From positions 2,336,001-2,400,000 of the forward strand of contig OZ240248.1 in NCBI GenBank assembly GCA_965198235.1: a stretch of DNA of 64,000 nt. The letters are read 5' to 3'. The notes beneath the pieces were generated by a model that was not told the origin of the DNA, made no database searches, and saw only the letters and a program-made list of their open reading frames with translations. The position numbers and the translations under genes were made by a program. Of this stretch, positions 36,065 to 46,624 are shown piece by piece (within the stretch, counting starts at the first letter, position 1; each line of letters begins with the position of its first letter). Source of the DNA: Candidatus Poribacteria bacterium. Its GTDB lineage: Bacteria > Poribacteria > WGA-4E > WGA-3G.

Positions 36065-37249
36065 ATGGAGAAAAATGACAATACGGATTTGCTATTTTCA
36101 AAAATAGGCGAAAACGGTAATATGAAAAACTTCATAGCGGGCAAGTACCGACAGCAGCGAGAATATAGGAGTTTTACCCCGTCCTTCGTAAACTGCCATT
36201 TTGCTTGGGAAAACCGTCAAATAGATCTTTTGGTGGAACAAGCCGCGAATCTTTTGGGAGAACTCAACGCTTACGCGGAAATCGTACCAGATGTCAATTT
36301 TTCGATTCCAATGAGTATCGCAAAAGAAGCGATAGACTCTAATCTGATTGAAGGCACAAAAACCGAGATTGATGAAGTTGTTCTGCCACAAGCGGAGATT
36401 TCCCCAATCAGACAGGATGATTGGGAAGAAGTCCAAAATTATATCAAAGCGATGAATTTCGCGATAGTCAAATTGACTGAACTTCCAATTTCCGTGCGCT
36501 TGCTAAAGGATGTCCATGAAATATTGATGTCCGGCGTTCGCGGAAAATATAAGGCTCCCGGCGAAATTCGGAGAAGTCAAAACTGGATCGGGGGTTCATC
36601 GCTTGCTGATGCTTTTTTCGTCCCACCTTCTGCAGAAGAAGTCCCAGATCTCCTAAGCGATCTGGAAAAATTCTGGCACAACCAATCGCTACAACTACCG
36701 TCCCTTATCAAAATCGCCATCATACATTATCAGTTTGAAACCATCCATCCGTTTCTGGACGGAAATGGTAGGTGCGGAAGACTCTTAATTATTTTGCAGC
36801 TCATTGACGCGCAAATACTAAGCAAGCCTATCCTCTATATGTCTACATTTTTTGAGAGGCACAGAAACTCATACTATGATTCACTTTCTATGGTTCGCAA
36901 ATCAAACGACTTGGAGCAATGGATTGCATTTTTCTTAAACGGAATTGTTGAAACCGCTCAGCATGGGCTCAAGACTTTTAAGGCAATCATTGCACTCGGT
37001 CAAGAATATGACACCAAAATCCTAACCCTCGGCTCCCGAGCAAAAAACGCACAACAGTTGCTTCAACGCATGTACGCAACCCCGATTGTTAACGTTAGGT
37101 CGGTTGAAAAGCAGTTAGACATTAGTTTTTCAAGCGCGAATCGGCTGCTAAAATCCTTAACAGAACTCGGCATACTCAAGGAAATTACAGGATACTCGCG
37201 CAATCGCTTTTTTGTCTTAGAGAAATACCTGGACCTCTTTAGAAGTTAG
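36065..37249 (+). CDS. Fic-family protein with C-terminal HTH
   Basis: SNLIEGT inhibitory-type motif, HYQFETIHPFLDGNGRCGR; alternative start 36122. Confidence 0.92.
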   Translation: MEKNDNTDLLFSKIGENGNMKNFIAGKYRQQREYRSFTPSFVNCHFAWENRQIDLLVEQAANLLGELNAYAEIVPDVNFSIPMSIAKEAIDSNLIEGTKTEIDEVVLPQAEISPIRQDDWEEVQNYIKAMNFAIVKLTELPISVRLLKDVHEILMSGVRGKYKAPGEIRRSQNWIGGSSLADAFFVPPSAEEVPDLLSDLEKFWHNQSLQLPSLIKIAIIHYQFETIHPFLDGNGRCGRLLIILQLIDAQILSKPILYMSTFFERHRNSYYDSLSMVRKSNDLEQWIAFFLNGIVETAQHGLKTFKAIIALGQEYDTKILTLGSRAKNAQQLLQRMYATPIVNVRSVEKQLDISFSSANRLLKSLTELGILKEITGYSRNRFFVLEKYLDLFRS

Positions 37250-37268
37250 TGGGTTGCATCTAAAAATC

Positions 37269-37297
37269 TTGACATCCGCACGTTGCTACGCTATAAT
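37269..37297 (+). promoter_or_regulatory. consensus sigma70 promoter
   Basis: TTGACA-17 bp-TATAAT upstream of the Uma2 gene. Confidence 0.75.
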
Positions 37298-37327
37298 AGA
37301 ATTACCAGTAAATTTCGGGAGGGAATC

Positions 37328-37918
37328 ATGGCAACAAGAGCAGTTCAAACATATCTCACACCCGAGGAATACATCACTTTAGAACGCAAGGCACTCCCTG
37401 ACGCAGAAACAGTCAGAAGCGAATACCTGAATGGTGAGATAATCGCGATGTCCGGAGCAAGTTTCGCTCATAATTTAATTACAATGAACATTTCTGCTCA
37501 ACTTCATGCTCGCTTGAGAAGCAGCGGGTGCGTCGTGTTCGCTAATGAGATGCGTGTCAGTATTCCCTCAGTAAAATCCTACTTTTATCCTGATGTCGGT
37601 GTTGTCTGCGAAGAACCACGCTTTGAAGACGATGTTTTTGACACACTCCTCAACCCGATTGTCATCGTAGAAGTCCTTTCTCCCTCAACCGAGGCTTATG
37701 ACAGAGGCGAAAAATTCGCACACTACCGACAACTCCAATCTTTGCAGGAATACATCCTCGTCTCTCAAGACAAGATACGCGTTGAACACTACTTCCGACA
37801 AGCAGCACAATGGGTTCTTACCGATTTCCAAAAACTTGAGCAGCACCTTCCACTCACTTCCATCCAATGCGAATTGCCCTTACAAGAGATACACGAAAAC
37901 GTCCCATTCCCGGAGTAG
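37328..37918 (+). CDS. Uma2-family (DUF820) putative endonuclease
   Basis: YPDVGVVC, VEVLSPSTEAYDRGEKF; paralog of 21421..22008; start after GGAGG. Confidence 0.92.
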   Translation: MATRAVQTYLTPEEYITLERKALPDAETVRSEYLNGEIIAMSGASFAHNLITMNISAQLHARLRSSGCVVFANEMRVSIPSVKSYFYPDVGVVCEEPRFEDDVFDTLLNPIVIVEVLSPSTEAYDRGEKFAHYRQLQSLQEYILVSQDKIRVEHYFRQAAQWVLTDFQKLEQHLPLTSIQCELPLQEIHENVPFPE

Positions 37919-38045
37919 AACTAATATCCAAAGACCGTACCTTCCCTACTGGGAGGTTTCCCAACCTCGCCTCTGTGCTTTCCGAACACTTGTTTCTACT
38001 TTTTCGCTTGCCATCACTCCCAAATTATGCTAAAATACCCATAGC

Positions 38046-39428
38046 ATGAACCAACACGACTTAAAGCATTCCCATAAAGAACTCTATACACTTCTCGGAA
38101 CACGCTTCAGTACGGATAGTGCCGTCCGGGATGCACACGCCCGCGATGCCTCCTATCACCGCGGCGCGCTCCCAGATGCCGTCGCTTTTCCGAAAACCAA
38201 CGCTGAAGTTTCCGAAATTGTTAAAATCTGTGCAAAATATAATATGCCGATAGTTCCCTACGGCACCGGAACGGGTGTTGAAGGGGCTGTCGTCACGACC
38301 GAAGGCGCACTCTGCATCGCACTGAACGAAATGAACCGCATCCTCCGCGTCAGTCAAGACGACAGAGATGCTACCGTCCAAGCGGGTGTAACGCGCTTGC
38401 AATTGAATACACATCTCACAGAGATGGGTACACGGCTCCATTTTTCGGTCGATCCGGGTGCGGATGCCTCATTGGGTGGGATGGCAGCGACGCGCGCATC
38501 CGGGACAAGTGCTGTCCGATACGGCACGATGCTCGATAACGTCCTCGGCTTGACCGTCGTCCCTGCCGATGGCTCTATCGTCCGGACTGGGAGTAGAGCG
38601 CGGAAATCCGCCGCAGGCTATGATCTCACGCGTCTTTTTATCGGTTCAGAAGGCACATTAGGAATCATCACCGAAATCACGCTCAAATTGACACGGTTAC
38701 CGGAAGCAGTCGCATCTGCTGTCTGCGCTTTCCCAACTGTAACCGCAGCGGTGGAAACTGTTATTGAACTGATGAGTATAGGGGTTAGCATCGCTCGTAT
38801 TGAACTTTTAGATGAACGCCAAATGGATGCCGTCAACAAGTATGCGGGGTTAGCGTATGAAGTCGCACCGACACTCTTCTTTGAATTCCACGGCTCGGCA
38901 CACACCGTCGCAGAGAGTTCTAAGATTGCTGGGATCATCGCAGCGGCGCATGGCAGTGGCGATTTTCGGTGGGCAACAGATGAGAACGAACGCAAACGCC
39001 TCTGGCAAGCCCGATACGATAGCTACTACGCCGCCTTGAACCGCCGTCCGGGTTCCGTCGGTTACGTCACCGATGTCTGTGTCCCGATATCCGAACTCGC
39101 CGAGTGCATCGCTAAAACAAAAGCACTTCTCGCTAAATCGAACCTTGTCCCGTCGCTCCTCGGACACGTTGGAGACGGAAATTTTCACGTCGTCTTCCCG
39201 CTTGAAGCTGATAACGACGATGAATTAGCAGAGGCACAACAACTCAGCCATCAAATTGTAGACATCGCCTTAGAGATGGGTGGCACTTGCACGGGTGAAC
39301 ACGGTGTCGGTATCGGCAAAAGAAAGGCATTAGAAAAGGAACACGGATCAGCGATCGATTTAATGCGTGCTATCAAAAATGCTTTGGATCCTCTAAATTT
39401 AATGAATCCGGGCAAAGTTTTCTTGTAG
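38046..39428 (+). CDS. FAD-linked oxidase (D-lactate dehydrogenase/GlcD-like)
   Basis: DPGADASLGGM, GSEGTLG, GHVGDGNFH, GEHGVG, NPGK. Confidence 0.92.
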   Translation: MNQHDLKHSHKELYTLLGTRFSTDSAVRDAHARDASYHRGALPDAVAFPKTNAEVSEIVKICAKYNMPIVPYGTGTGVEGAVVTTEGALCIALNEMNRILRVSQDDRDATVQAGVTRLQLNTHLTEMGTRLHFSVDPGADASLGGMAATRASGTSAVRYGTMLDNVLGLTVVPADGSIVRTGSRARKSAAGYDLTRLFIGSEGTLGIITEITLKLTRLPEAVASAVCAFPTVTAAVETVIELMSIGVSIARIELLDERQMDAVNKYAGLAYEVAPTLFFEFHGSAHTVAESSKIAGIIAAAHGSGDFRWATDENERKRLWQARYDSYYAALNRRPGSVGYVTDVCVPISELAECIAKTKALLAKSNLVPSLLGHVGDGNFHVVFPLEADNDDELAEAQQLSHQIVDIALEMGGTCTGEHGVGIGKRKALEKEHGSAIDLMRAIKNALDPLNLMNPGKVFL

Positions 39429-39456
39429 GCGTGATTCCTTTCGGGAGAAATTTCGT

Positions 39457-39981
39457 ATGAAAAACCTAATTTTGATTTTGGCAGGAACCTTGTTGTGCGT
39501 CACACCCGCTTTTTCAGAACTCAGCGACTCGGATCTTCAACGCATCCGAGAAATCGTTAAAGTCGAGGTAGTCAGTTCGGAACAACGACTACGTACGGAA
39601 ATTGCTGAATCTGAACAACGGCTTCGAGCCGAAATGACTGCTGCAATACGAGCCTCCGAAGAGCGGATGAAGGTGTACGTGGATGCAAAAATGTCAGAAG
39701 TTAACTCACAGTTTGCACAGGTTAACAACCGTATTGACGGAGTGGACAAGCGACTCAACTTTGCTTTTACGGTGTTAGGATGGCTGTTTGCGTTAGTTAT
39801 AGCTGCGCTTGGCATCCCACAACTGATCATAGCGTTTAGACAACGCGGGCAAGAACGCCTGCAGTCCTCGGTTGAAGAACTTTACGCAGTCCATAGTGAA
39901 GTTCTGGCAGAACTCAAGCAGTTACGGGCAGAGAATGAAGCTTTCAGAGGGCGTAACAGGTCACAGCCCGAATCACCGTAG
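39457..39981 (+). CDS. hypothetical secreted/membrane coiled-coil protein
   Basis: signal-peptide-like N-terminus, SEQRLR repeats, one hydrophobic segment. Confidence 0.7.
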   Translation: MKNLILILAGTLLCVTPAFSELSDSDLQRIREIVKVEVVSSEQRLRTEIAESEQRLRAEMTAAIRASEERMKVYVDAKMSEVNSQFAQVNNRIDGVDKRLNFAFTVLGWLFALVIAALGIPQLIIAFRQRGQERLQSSVEELYAVHSEVLAELKQLRAENEAFRGRNRSQPESP

Positions 39982-40011
39982 TCAGTGCGCTGGCGTATCT
40001 AAAAGGAAAAC

Positions 40012-41010
40012 ATGCAAAACAACTGGAAAATCCTCATCACCGATTACGCCTGGCCCTCCATAGAACCCGAACGACAGGTGCTCGCTGAAATTGGGGCAGA
40101 ACTCATTGCTGCCGAGACTGGAGACGAAGCAGAACTCCTAACCCTCGCACCCACCATGGACGGCATCCTCACCTGCTGGAAACCCGTTCGTGCGCCTGTC
40201 ATTGCTGCTGCTCAGAAATGCCAGATTATCGGACGTTGCGGTATCGGGTTGGACAACATTGATGTGGAAGTCGCTACGGAACACGGCATTGTTGTGACCA
40301 ATGTTCCTGCCTATTGTATTGATGAAGTCTCCGACCACGCGATGGGGTTGCTGCTGGCGTGTGCCAGAAAAATCTCGCGTTTCGATCGGGCAATCAAGGG
40401 AGGCACATGGGATCAGAACATAGGACCATCGATGCGTAGAATCCGAGGCAAGACGCTCGGTGTTATCGGCTTCGGACGGATCGCTCGGTCAATTGTGCCG
40501 AAAGCAAAGGCGTTCGGGTTTACAATCAACGTCTGTTCCCCACGCACCGATCCCGAATTGATTCAGCAATACGGCGCACAAAAGGTTTCGTTTTCAGAAC
40601 TTCTCGCAACCTCTGATTTCATCACGATCCATGCGCCGCTAACACCAGAAACACAGGGTATGTTTGGCGAGGTAGAATTTCGGGCGATGAAACCGACGGC
40701 TTATCTGATTAACACGGCGCGTGGGGGTATCGTAGACACCGCTGCACTTACCACTGCACTCCACAACGCTGAAATCGCTGGTGCAGGTTTGGACGTATTG
40801 GAAACCGAACCGCCTGAACAAAACGAGGAACTGCTCACCCTCGACAACGTCATCGTTACACCGCACGCCGCTTTTATGTCAGAGGAATCAATTCTTGACT
40901 TAGAAATTGCTGCCGCCACGTGTGTCGTAGAAGTACTAACGGGAAAGTTGCCAGAATCCGTCGTGAATCCATCGGTTCTGGAACAATCGAACCTCCGCGC
41001 AAATTTTTAA
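40012..41010 (+). CDS. D-isomer-specific 2-hydroxyacid dehydrogenase (CtBP-like)
   Basis: GIGLDNID, GFGRIA, INTARG, LDVLETEP, TPHAA. Confidence 0.92.
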   Translation: MQNNWKILITDYAWPSIEPERQVLAEIGAELIAAETGDEAELLTLAPTMDGILTCWKPVRAPVIAAAQKCQIIGRCGIGLDNIDVEVATEHGIVVTNVPAYCIDEVSDHAMGLLLACARKISRFDRAIKGGTWDQNIGPSMRRIRGKTLGVIGFGRIARSIVPKAKAFGFTINVCSPRTDPELIQQYGAQKVSFSELLATSDFITIHAPLTPETQGMFGEVEFRAMKPTAYLINTARGGIVDTAALTTALHNAEIAGAGLDVLETEPPEQNEELLTLDNVIVTPHAAFMSEESILDLEIAAATCVVEVLTGKLPESVVNPSVLEQSNLRANF

Positions 41011-41105
41011 ACGATGGGGATCTGTGCCGTTTTCATTAAGAGGTGTTCGTTAAACCCAAAGTGGTAGCCTGCAACACCGGCGCAGGCGGATATACGGAGA
41101 TGAAT

Positions 41106-41310
41106 GTCAGTGACCCCGCCCTAAAGGGCGAGGCTTGTCCAATACGGCAGCCAGGTTTCCTATAGATTGGACGAGAGCAATTCATTGACTACAGTAATAT
41201 ATCGCGGGTTCTGGTCGTGGCAGTCCGAAGTATGTTTTGGATACTCCCCGAGTCTAATTCCTCTGCGAACCTGTGATCTGGAAGGGGCAACATATACCCT
41301 GAAAAGGAGA
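41106..41310 (+). ncRNA. putative omegaRNA/HEARO-like scaffold (boundaries approximate)
   Basis: lies between the IS left end and an orphan RBS (GAAAAGGAG); contains GGATACTCCCCGAGTC..CTCTGCG..GAAGGGG, recalling omegaRNA motifs. Confidence 0.6.
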
Positions 41311-41321
41311 ATACAAACTTA

Positions 41322-41429
41322 TATTCTCTACAAGGGAAGCGTCTTTGCCAAAATGCTAAAATATCAGAGTGTAAGGTGCTCACACGCCTTAACTTTAACT
41401 ATAGGAACGGTGTTTCCTCCTCTGCCTAA
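41322..41429 (+). pseudogene. C-terminal remnant of an IsrB/IscB-like (RRXRR) nuclease
   Basis: [35 protein letters not shown], no start codon, begins about 12 nt after an RBS; resemblance recalled, not searched. Confidence 0.55.
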
Positions 41430-41458
41430 AGACAGAGGGTTCCACACCGAATATTTTG

Positions 41459-42691
41459 ATGAAATCTCAGATCCATCTAAACGACCCGCAAGGTATAATT
41501 AAAAAACTTCCTGATGCAACAGGGCATTTTGGACAATTCGGAGGCAGATACGTCCCCGAAACCCTCATGCCTGCCCTTTTAGAACTTGAAGAAGCATACA
41601 TTAAGCTTAAAGACAATCACGACTTCCAACAAGAATTTCGGTACTACCTCCGTGAATATGTCGGCAGGCCAAACCCTCTCTATTACGCCGAACATTTGAC
41701 AGAGACGCTCGGTGGAGCAAAAATATATCTCAAACGGGAAGACCTCAACCATACAGGTGCACACAAGATTAACAGCGCGATAGGTCAAATTCTCCTCGCA
41801 CGATGGATGGGCAAAAAACGCATCATCGCTGAAACGGGTGCGGGACAACACGGTGTCGCAACAGCCACCGTTGCCGCAAAGTTCGATATGGAGTGCGAAG
41901 TCTATATGGGTGAGGAGGACATAGAACGGCAGGCACTCAATGTTTTCCGTATGCAACTAATGGGGACAAAAGTGGTACCGGTTAACTCTGGGTCACGTAC
42001 CCTCAAAGATGCGATTAACGCCTGCTTCCGTGATTGGGTCACGAATGTCCGAACCACCTATCTGCTTCTCGGTTCAGTTGTCGGTGCGCACCCTTACCCA
42101 ATGATCGTTCGGGACTTCCAAGCCGTCATCGGTGACGAAGCGAGAGCACAGATTTTGGAGCAGGAAGAGACTTTACCGGATTGTGTCGTCGCCTGTGTCG
42201 GCGGTGGGAGCAATTCACTCGGCATGTTTTATCCGTTCTATGCCGATGCATCCGTTCGGCTTATCGGTGTGGAAGCCGCGGGAGAGGGCATTCGTAGTGG
42301 ACGGCACGCTGCGCCTCTCACTGCTGGCAGTGTTGGTGTCTTTCACGGTGCTAAGTGTTATCTATTGCAAGAGGATGACGGTCAGATAACCCCCGCACAT
42401 TCGATCTCTGCGGGATTAGATTACCCCGGTGTCGGACCGGAACACAGTTATTATCGCGAAACCGGTAGAGCGGAATACGTCCCGATTACAGATGCAGAGG
42501 CGGTAGAAGGGTTCCGGTTGTTATCTGAGACAGAGGGCATCATTCCAGCATTGGAATCCGCACATGCTATCGCCTATCTGCGTGAACTTGCACCTAAACT
42601 CGGCAAGGACAAGATCATCGTGGTTTGTCTCTCAGGTCGCGGCGATAAAGATGTCTATACCATCGCAAATGAATTAGGTGCCGCTCTGTAG
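41459..42691 (+). CDS. trpB: tryptophan synthase beta chain
   Basis: [59 protein letters not shown]. Confidence 0.97.
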   Translation: MKSQIHLNDPQGIIKKLPDATGHFGQFGGRYVPETLMPALLELEEAYIKLKDNHDFQQEFRYYLREYVGRPNPLYYAEHLTETLGGAKIYLKREDLNHTGAHKINSAIGQILLARWMGKKRIIAETGAGQHGVATATVAAKFDMECEVYMGEEDIERQALNVFRMQLMGTKVVPVNSGSRTLKDAINACFRDWVTNVRTTYLLLGSVVGAHPYPMIVRDFQAVIGDEARAQILEQEETLPDCVVACVGGGSNSLGMFYPFYADASVRLIGVEAAGEGIRSGRHAAPLTAGSVGVFHGAKCYLLQEDDGQITPAHSISAGLDYPGVGPEHSYYRETGRAEYVPITDAEAVEGFRLLSETEGIIPALESAHAIAYLRELAPKLGKDKIIVVCLSGRGDKDVYTIANELGAAL

Positions 42692-42854
42692 AGGAATAAT
42701 TTATATTGCGTTGTTAGATATGACATCTAATCTGTTGTTTGTGGGACTAGGAAGTCTCCTATGGCAGAAACTGAGTGAGGGACCCTCTCTCACTTTCATA
42801 TTATTAATTGAAAGGTAAGATTTCTGTATCTTCCGATCAAATGAGGAAAGGCGA

Positions 42855-44669
42855 ATGCCAATTCAACAATATACTGTAAATGATTACCCTATTGGAACTG
42901 TGCTGACTTGGATACAACACAAGGAAATCGCGATACCTGAAATCCAGAGACCTTTCGTTTGGAAGGCAATCAAGGTACGTGATTTCATTGATTCACTCTA
43001 CCAAGGATATCCCGTCGGGTATCTTATCACGTGGCGGGCCCCTGATGTCCGACTTAAAGATGGAACACAATCAGTAGGTAAGCGTGTTTTGATCGATGGA
43101 CAACAACGCGTCATTTCTCTGCGGGCGGCATTACTGGGGCAAGAAGTAGTCAACAAAAAGTACAAACGAACGCGAATTGTCATTGCCTTTCATCCGATTA
43201 AAAAAAGTTTTGAGGTGGCAAATTCGGCTACCAGAAAAAATCGTGAGTGGATTAATGATATCTCTACTATCTTTGATCCTGACTTCAAAGTCCTTAATTT
43301 TTTGGACGAATACTGTAGTAATAATGAGGGTGTAGATAGAGACGAGGTCTATAATTGCCTTCATCGTTTACAGAACATCAGGAATAACACTCTTGGGATT
43401 ATCGAGTTGGAACCGGATCTGAATGTCGAAACAGTCACGGAAATTTTTGTTCGTATCAATTCCAAAGGTGTCACACTGAATGCATCAGATTTCGTTATGT
43501 CCAAGATTGCTGCTGGTGAACAGTATGGTGGGCACCAGCTCCGCAAAGGCATTGACTACTTTTGCCGCTTAGCGGTCTCTCCCGAGGAATTTGGCAACCT
43601 ATCTACAGACACTGACTTTGTTGAGACCGAGTACTTGACTAAAATGAGATGGCTCAGAAATTGGAGAAACGAGCTCTACACCCCTTCTTACACTGACTTA
43701 CTTCGGGTAAGTTTTATGATAGAGTTTCAACGTGGCCGCTTAAGAGATTTAGTTGCTCTATTGTCAGGTCGTAATTTTGAAACACGTAACTTTGAGGAAG
43801 AAATTGCTGAGGATTCTTTTTGTCGCCTTAAAAATGGGCTTATTCGCTACATCAACAAAACTAACTTCAATCGTTTCGTTATGATACTGGAGTCGGCAGG
43901 ATTTGTAGATAGTTCTATGATTAACTCAATGAACGCCGTCAATTTTGCTTATGCGTTATATTTGATGCTGCATGTGGAACGGACAGACCCCCAAAAGATC
44001 GAGCAGTTGGTACGGCGTTGGTTTGTGATGTCAATCCTGACCGGTAGATACACTGGAACACCAGAAACTGCTTTTGATGAGGATATTCGGAATATTACTA
44101 CCCGGGGAGCAAGCAAGTATCTCGCAATAATAGAGCAGGCAAATCTTTCAGATACTTTCTGGGATGTAGCACTTCCACAACAGATGGAAACATCAAGTGG
44201 GAAAAGCCCGTATTTGAACGTCTTTCTGGCAAGCCAAGTCAAAGCAAACGACAAGGGTTTTCTTTCACGTGATATTACGGTGCGGACTCTGCTTGAAGGT
44301 CGCGCAGACATTCATCACATATTTCCACGTAACTATCTACAAGAGCATGGTTTCGCCGCTAGAGATTACAACCAGATTGTGAACTTAGTTGTAATGCAGC
44401 AGGAAATCAACATTGCTATCAGTAATCGACCTCCAGCTACCTATTTTTCGGACCTATGGGAAGGAGTTATAAACAGAAAACCTGCCTTTAGAAGCGGGAT
44501 AGATGACGCTAAAGAGCTGCAAACTAATCTCGATGCACACTGTATTCCCCCAGACATGAAAACGGCGACATTTGGAAATTACGGTGAGTTTCTGGAAAAA
44601 CGCAGAAAACTTATGGCTACTAAAATACGAGACTACTACAGAAACCTACAAAACTGTCCTCTGTTATAA
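42855..44669 (+). CDS. GmrSD-like (DUF262 + HNH-like C-terminus) putative modification-dependent restriction endonuclease
   Basis: IPEIQRPFVW, IDGQQR, FVRINSKG, DIHHIFP...N. Confidence 0.82.
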   Translation: MPIQQYTVNDYPIGTVLTWIQHKEIAIPEIQRPFVWKAIKVRDFIDSLYQGYPVGYLITWRAPDVRLKDGTQSVGKRVLIDGQQRVISLRAALLGQEVVNKKYKRTRIVIAFHPIKKSFEVANSATRKNREWINDISTIFDPDFKVLNFLDEYCSNNEGVDRDEVYNCLHRLQNIRNNTLGIIELEPDLNVETVTEIFVRINSKGVTLNASDFVMSKIAAGEQYGGHQLRKGIDYFCRLAVSPEEFGNLSTDTDFVETEYLTKMRWLRNWRNELYTPSYTDLLRVSFMIEFQRGRLRDLVALLSGRNFETRNFEEEIAEDSFCRLKNGLIRYINKTNFNRFVMILESAGFVDSSMINSMNAVNFAYALYLMLHVERTDPQKIEQLVRRWFVMSILTGRYTGTPETAFDEDIRNITTRGASKYLAIIEQANLSDTFWDVALPQQMETSSGKSPYLNVFLASQVKANDKGFLSRDITVRTLLEGRADIHHIFPRNYLQEHGFAARDYNQIVNLVVMQQEINIAISNRPPATYFSDLWEGVINRKPAFRSGIDDAKELQTNLDAHCIPPDMKTATFGNYGEFLEKRRKLMATKIRDYYRNLQNCPLL

Positions 44670-44816
44670 TTCATTCAAATATCAAGAAGAACAGCGTTGC
44701 CGTAGAGTGGGATTCTAATTCATTCGCATACTTCAGCCAAAAACAACTTGCTATCTAACTGTGGTATATGCTACAATTTTGCCGCGTAGTGAAAAAATAG
44801 CGAGCGAGGTGGCACC

Positions 44817-45431
44817 ATGGCGCGCGAAACCGCAGGCTCCAGTTCAAACTTATCCCTGTCGCAAAAAGCCAGCAAGTTTATCAAGCGGCTTTCACATCGA
44901 GACGGTCCTGTCAGGAATTGGCGGTATATCCCGACCCATGTACTCTTACGAAAACTGCGCTCGGAATCTGCCGAAATGCGGGCGTACGCCGCCGAAGGGT
45001 TAGGTGGCGTTGGTGGTGTCCATGCCGTCGCGCCGCTCATTGATGCCTTAAATGACAACAACTCGACCGTTCGCCGCTTCGCTATCTCCTCTCTTGGACG
45101 TATCCGCGATGCACGCGCCATTGACGTGCTCATCCCATTTCTGCAAGACGAAGAGGCTGACATGCGATGCGCTGCCGTTGTCGCCCTTGGTGAATTAGGA
45201 CTTGACGAAGAGAGAGTTTTAAACCCACCTGTCCAGATCATAGAGGCACTCCTAAGCAGCATCCGGGACACCGACAGAGCCGTCTGTTCCGCCGCTGTCG
45301 TCGCTTTAGGCAGAATCGGTAGTCTACAAGCCATTTCTGCGCTTAACGCATTGGCAGAAACCACTGAGAGCGAATGGGTCCGTCGCTACATCAGCGAGGC
45401 GTTACATCAAATTGAGGAACAGAATGCCTAA
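44817..45431 (+). CDS. HEAT/PBS-lyase repeat protein
   Basis: repeated L.D....R..A..ALG.IG units. Confidence 0.85.
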   Translation: MARETAGSSSNLSLSQKASKFIKRLSHRDGPVRNWRYIPTHVLLRKLRSESAEMRAYAAEGLGGVGGVHAVAPLIDALNDNNSTVRRFAISSLGRIRDARAIDVLIPFLQDEEADMRCAAVVALGELGLDEERVLNPPVQIIEALLSSIRDTDRAVCSAAVVALGRIGSLQAISALNALAETTESEWVRRYISEALHQIEEQNA

Positions 45432-45581
45432 CTAAATTCTTAAAACTTTTCCTTGATTTTGGTTACCCGATTTGGTATAATATATGTTAAGTTTATTAGT
45501 GTGAGAGATCGGGTTTTTGCTTACATGCGTTAATATCCTATATCAGCACATTCCGCGACCCAGACATATCGCAACATCCAT

Positions 45582-46514
45582 ATGTCTTCGAGAATTATGG
45601 ACGAAAATCAAAGTTTCAAATCCGGATACGTTAGCATTATCGGCGCACCTAACGTCGGTAAATCCACCCTGCTCAATACCATTTTAGGGCAGAAACTCGC
45701 TATCGTCACCCCGAAGCCACAAACGACTCGGAATCAGATTCGCGGGATTGTCACCACCGATGCCCATCAAATTATTTTTGTCGATACGCCCGGACTGATG
45801 AACCCTAAGTACCGCTTACAGAGCGAGATGGTCAAAACCGCGTATGGGGCTTTAGGGGACGCGGATGTCGTCCTTTTTGTGATAGATGTCACGCGCCGAG
45901 ATCGTGAAATCGAGGATAGAATCCTAACACGCCTCAAGCGCAGTAAACTGACAACAATTCTCGTTCTTAATAAGGTAGATCTCGTCGCAAAGCCAACCTT
46001 ACTCCCTATTTTTGAGGACTACAGTCAGAAATTTGAATTCGCACACATGATACCTATCTCCGCATTAACTGCCGATGGTGTGCCACTCCTTCTTGAGCAG
46101 ATTGAAACTTACCTACCGCTGGGACCTCGCTATTTTCCAGAGGACCAACTCAGCGACCTCCCTGAGCGCTTTTTTATCGCCGAAACCGTTCGTGAAAAAA
46201 TTATGCTCCTGACCCAACGCGAAATCCCTTACGCCTCCGCTGTTGTTATTGAAGAGTTTGAAAAACGCCAAACAAAGAAGTCAGATGAAATTATCTATAT
46301 CCGAGCCATTGTTTATGCAGAACGACAGACACAAAAGCAAATTATCATCGGTAAAGGCGGCAAGTTGATTAAACGGGTCGGCGAACTCGCACGAATTGAT
46401 ATTGAGAAATTTTTAGACACCCGTGTCTTTTTAGAAACCTATGTAACAGTCAAAGCCGATTGGCGCAGAGACGCACGCAAACTCAGAGAATTAGGCGGCT
46501 TTGCAGATGTTTAA
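45582..46514 (+). CDS. era: GTPase Era
   Basis: GAPNVGKST, PQTTR, DTPG, NKVD, KH motif IIGKGG; start may be 45597; TTGATT-17-TATAAT at 45453-45481. Confidence 0.97.
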   Translation: MSSRIMDENQSFKSGYVSIIGAPNVGKSTLLNTILGQKLAIVTPKPQTTRNQIRGIVTTDAHQIIFVDTPGLMNPKYRLQSEMVKTAYGALGDADVVLFVIDVTRRDREIEDRILTRLKRSKLTTILVLNKVDLVAKPTLLPIFEDYSQKFEFAHMIPISALTADGVPLLLEQIETYLPLGPRYFPEDQLSDLPERFFIAETVREKIMLLTQREIPYASAVVIEEFEKRQTKKSDEIIYIRAIVYAERQTQKQIIIGKGGKLIKRVGELARIDIEKFLDTRVFLETYVTVKADWRRDARKLRELGGFADV

Positions 46515-46561
46515 CTGCGTTCTTCTGAATAAAAAAACGAATCGTCTCCAACCCAGTCAAG

Positions 46562-46624
46562 AATTAACCCAAAACCTGCCTGAAACGAAGTGGAAGGCAG
46601 ACCAGGAGCCAAATAGTTAAAAAA
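46562..46624. repeat. partial (one-end) copy of family C element
   Basis: AAACCTGCCTGAAACGAAGTGGAAGGCAGACCAGGAGCCAAA closely matches the reverse complement of about 19063-19104. Confidence 0.75.

Larger units (their letters stand above)
41106..41458 (+). mobile_element. non-autonomous IS200/IS605-family element (IscB/IsrB-type, internally deleted)
   Basis: left end GTCAGTGACCCCGCCCTAAAGGGCGAGGCTTG and right end TTCCTCCTCTGCCTAAAGACAGAGGGTTCCAC with TAAA-loop hairpins; no target duplication; followed by ATGA. Confidence 0.8.

Noticed and set aside
41167-41502. 111-aa ORF as a real gene or trp leader peptide
   Set aside because: Lies across the non-coding IS200/IS605 segment in a different frame from the nuclease-like remnant; no attenuator arrangement evident
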